The position numbers and the translations under genes were made by a program. The notes beneath the pieces were generated by a model. The model did no database searches, had not been told where the DNA came from, and was given only the letters and a program-made list of their open reading frames with translations. A stretch of 39,031 nucleotides of DNA from NCBI GenBank assembly GCA_046582655.1, contig JAYGDX010000054.1:1-39031 (forward strand), in the 5' to 3' direction. This document shows, one piece after another, positions 38,379 through 39,031 of this stretch. Numbering within the stretch: position 1 is the stretch's first letter; each line of letters begins with the position of its first letter. This stretch comes from Candidatus Poribacteria bacterium (lineage in GTDB: Bacteria > Poribacteria > WGA-4E > UBA9662).

Positions 38379-38631
38379 AATATCCCTTACCTCTCAACTT
38401 TAATTGACAACATGATAACAGATTTGACAATAAGCTGCTTTATTTCGGCAACACTTTAACGTTCACTTTGTTGATAATTCAGCGACCAAACTCTTTACTA
38501 AGGCGAAGTTTTATTAATTGTTTGGCTGAAGGCATGACAGTGTTATTATGCGAGTCTAGCTTGTTTGATCGATTATGTCCATTCCTACGTGTGCCAATAC
38601 AGCCACAGAATTATGTAGCATAAATTATGAT

Positions 38632-39031
38632 TTAATGGAATGTTTTTAGTCTTCCCCAAGTCAGCGCCAACTTCTTCTGAGGCTCAACGACTTGCCCTTC
38701 GATATCAGGCCCATAAACTTTAAAGTCGTCAAAGCTCGCTTTTGTCTCCCAAGCCCAGATGCCAACCTTGCCCTTTTTGTAAACATCCAGGTCTCCAACA
38801 CGTTCCAACTTGGTTTCCGCCTGCAGTTGATCATCAATTGAACCATTTGAGATCGTTCCCTTTGACCTTAACCTTGAGGTGGTACCAGTTTCCTACCTGA
38901 ATTTTCCCCTTAATTTGAGTTTTGTTGGGTTTGGGTCGAGCCCGTGTTTCCCATTCTTTCCCATGATGTTGAAAAAAGGCCGAAACTCCAGGCGTCGGCT
39001 CAGGATAGACAATGTAGTATTCATATTCACT
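38632..39031 (-). pseudogene. DUF1080/LamG-like beta-sandwich protein with VEPxxKLxxTWGxLK tail; 5' end outside the window, +1 frameshift near 38838
   Basis: One frame reads ..GNWYHLKVKVKGNDLKWF(N*). The next reads IDDQLQAE..KGKVGIWAWETKASFDDFKVYGPDIEGQVVEPQKKLALTWGRLKTFH*. Removing one A from TTCAATTGAT restores WFIDD. Confidence 0.8.

Noticed and set aside
38404..38430. TTGACAA x2 upstream of phyH as an operator or promoter
   Set aside because: Only 7 bp in AT-rich DNA, and oriented away from phyH as a -35. Not supportable.
38661..38846. 61-aa ORF in the track
   Set aside because: A wrong-frame shadow of the frameshifted DUF1080-like gene.
1..39031. CRISPR array, tRNA, rRNA, prophage or known defence system
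   Set aside because: No spaced repeats, cloverleaf folds or hallmark genes seen by eye. The PIN protein is the housekeeping YacL type.

Overview
AT-rich bacterial chromosome segment, most likely from Candidatus Poribacteria. This is an inference from a C-terminal VEPxxKLxxTWGxLK tail, an IVDNNLFRPLGWRPP GspC-like protein, a DUF6785/DUF6784 membrane protein, and PhyH and CRTAC1 genes. Positions 1-17.6 kb are a long minus-strand housekeeping run: rpsF-ssb-rpsR-rplI-dnaB-mlaE-mlaF-mlaD-radA-PIN/TRAM-ispD-ispF-cysS-lipoprotein-dprA(pseudo)-accA, preceded by a candidate bS6:bS18 leader RNA. Positions 17.6-26.8 kb are an accessory block. It holds two tandem paralogues built from four ~100-aa repeats that each end in E-R-H-x-H (one intact, one pseudogenised), a divergent FGE-domain gene, an unannotated 45-aa membrane ORF plus a TauE/SafE exporter, and a circularly permuted SpoIVB/S55 protease paired with a secreted beta-propeller. 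The rest contains bioA, an enolase-superfamily dehydratase, murB, argC-lpxB-lpxK, a decayed IS982 next to a decayed TM-less MotA-like gene, a CRTAC1-family gene, a PhyH gene and a frameshifted DUF1080-like gene. The best candidates for undescribed systems are the ERHxH four-repeat locus and the S55 protease/propeller pair. Non-essential genes show real decay (short tandem duplications, G:C to A:T changes) while essential genes are intact. I saw no rRNA, tRNA or CRISPR array. All family calls come from motif recognition by eye, with no database search.
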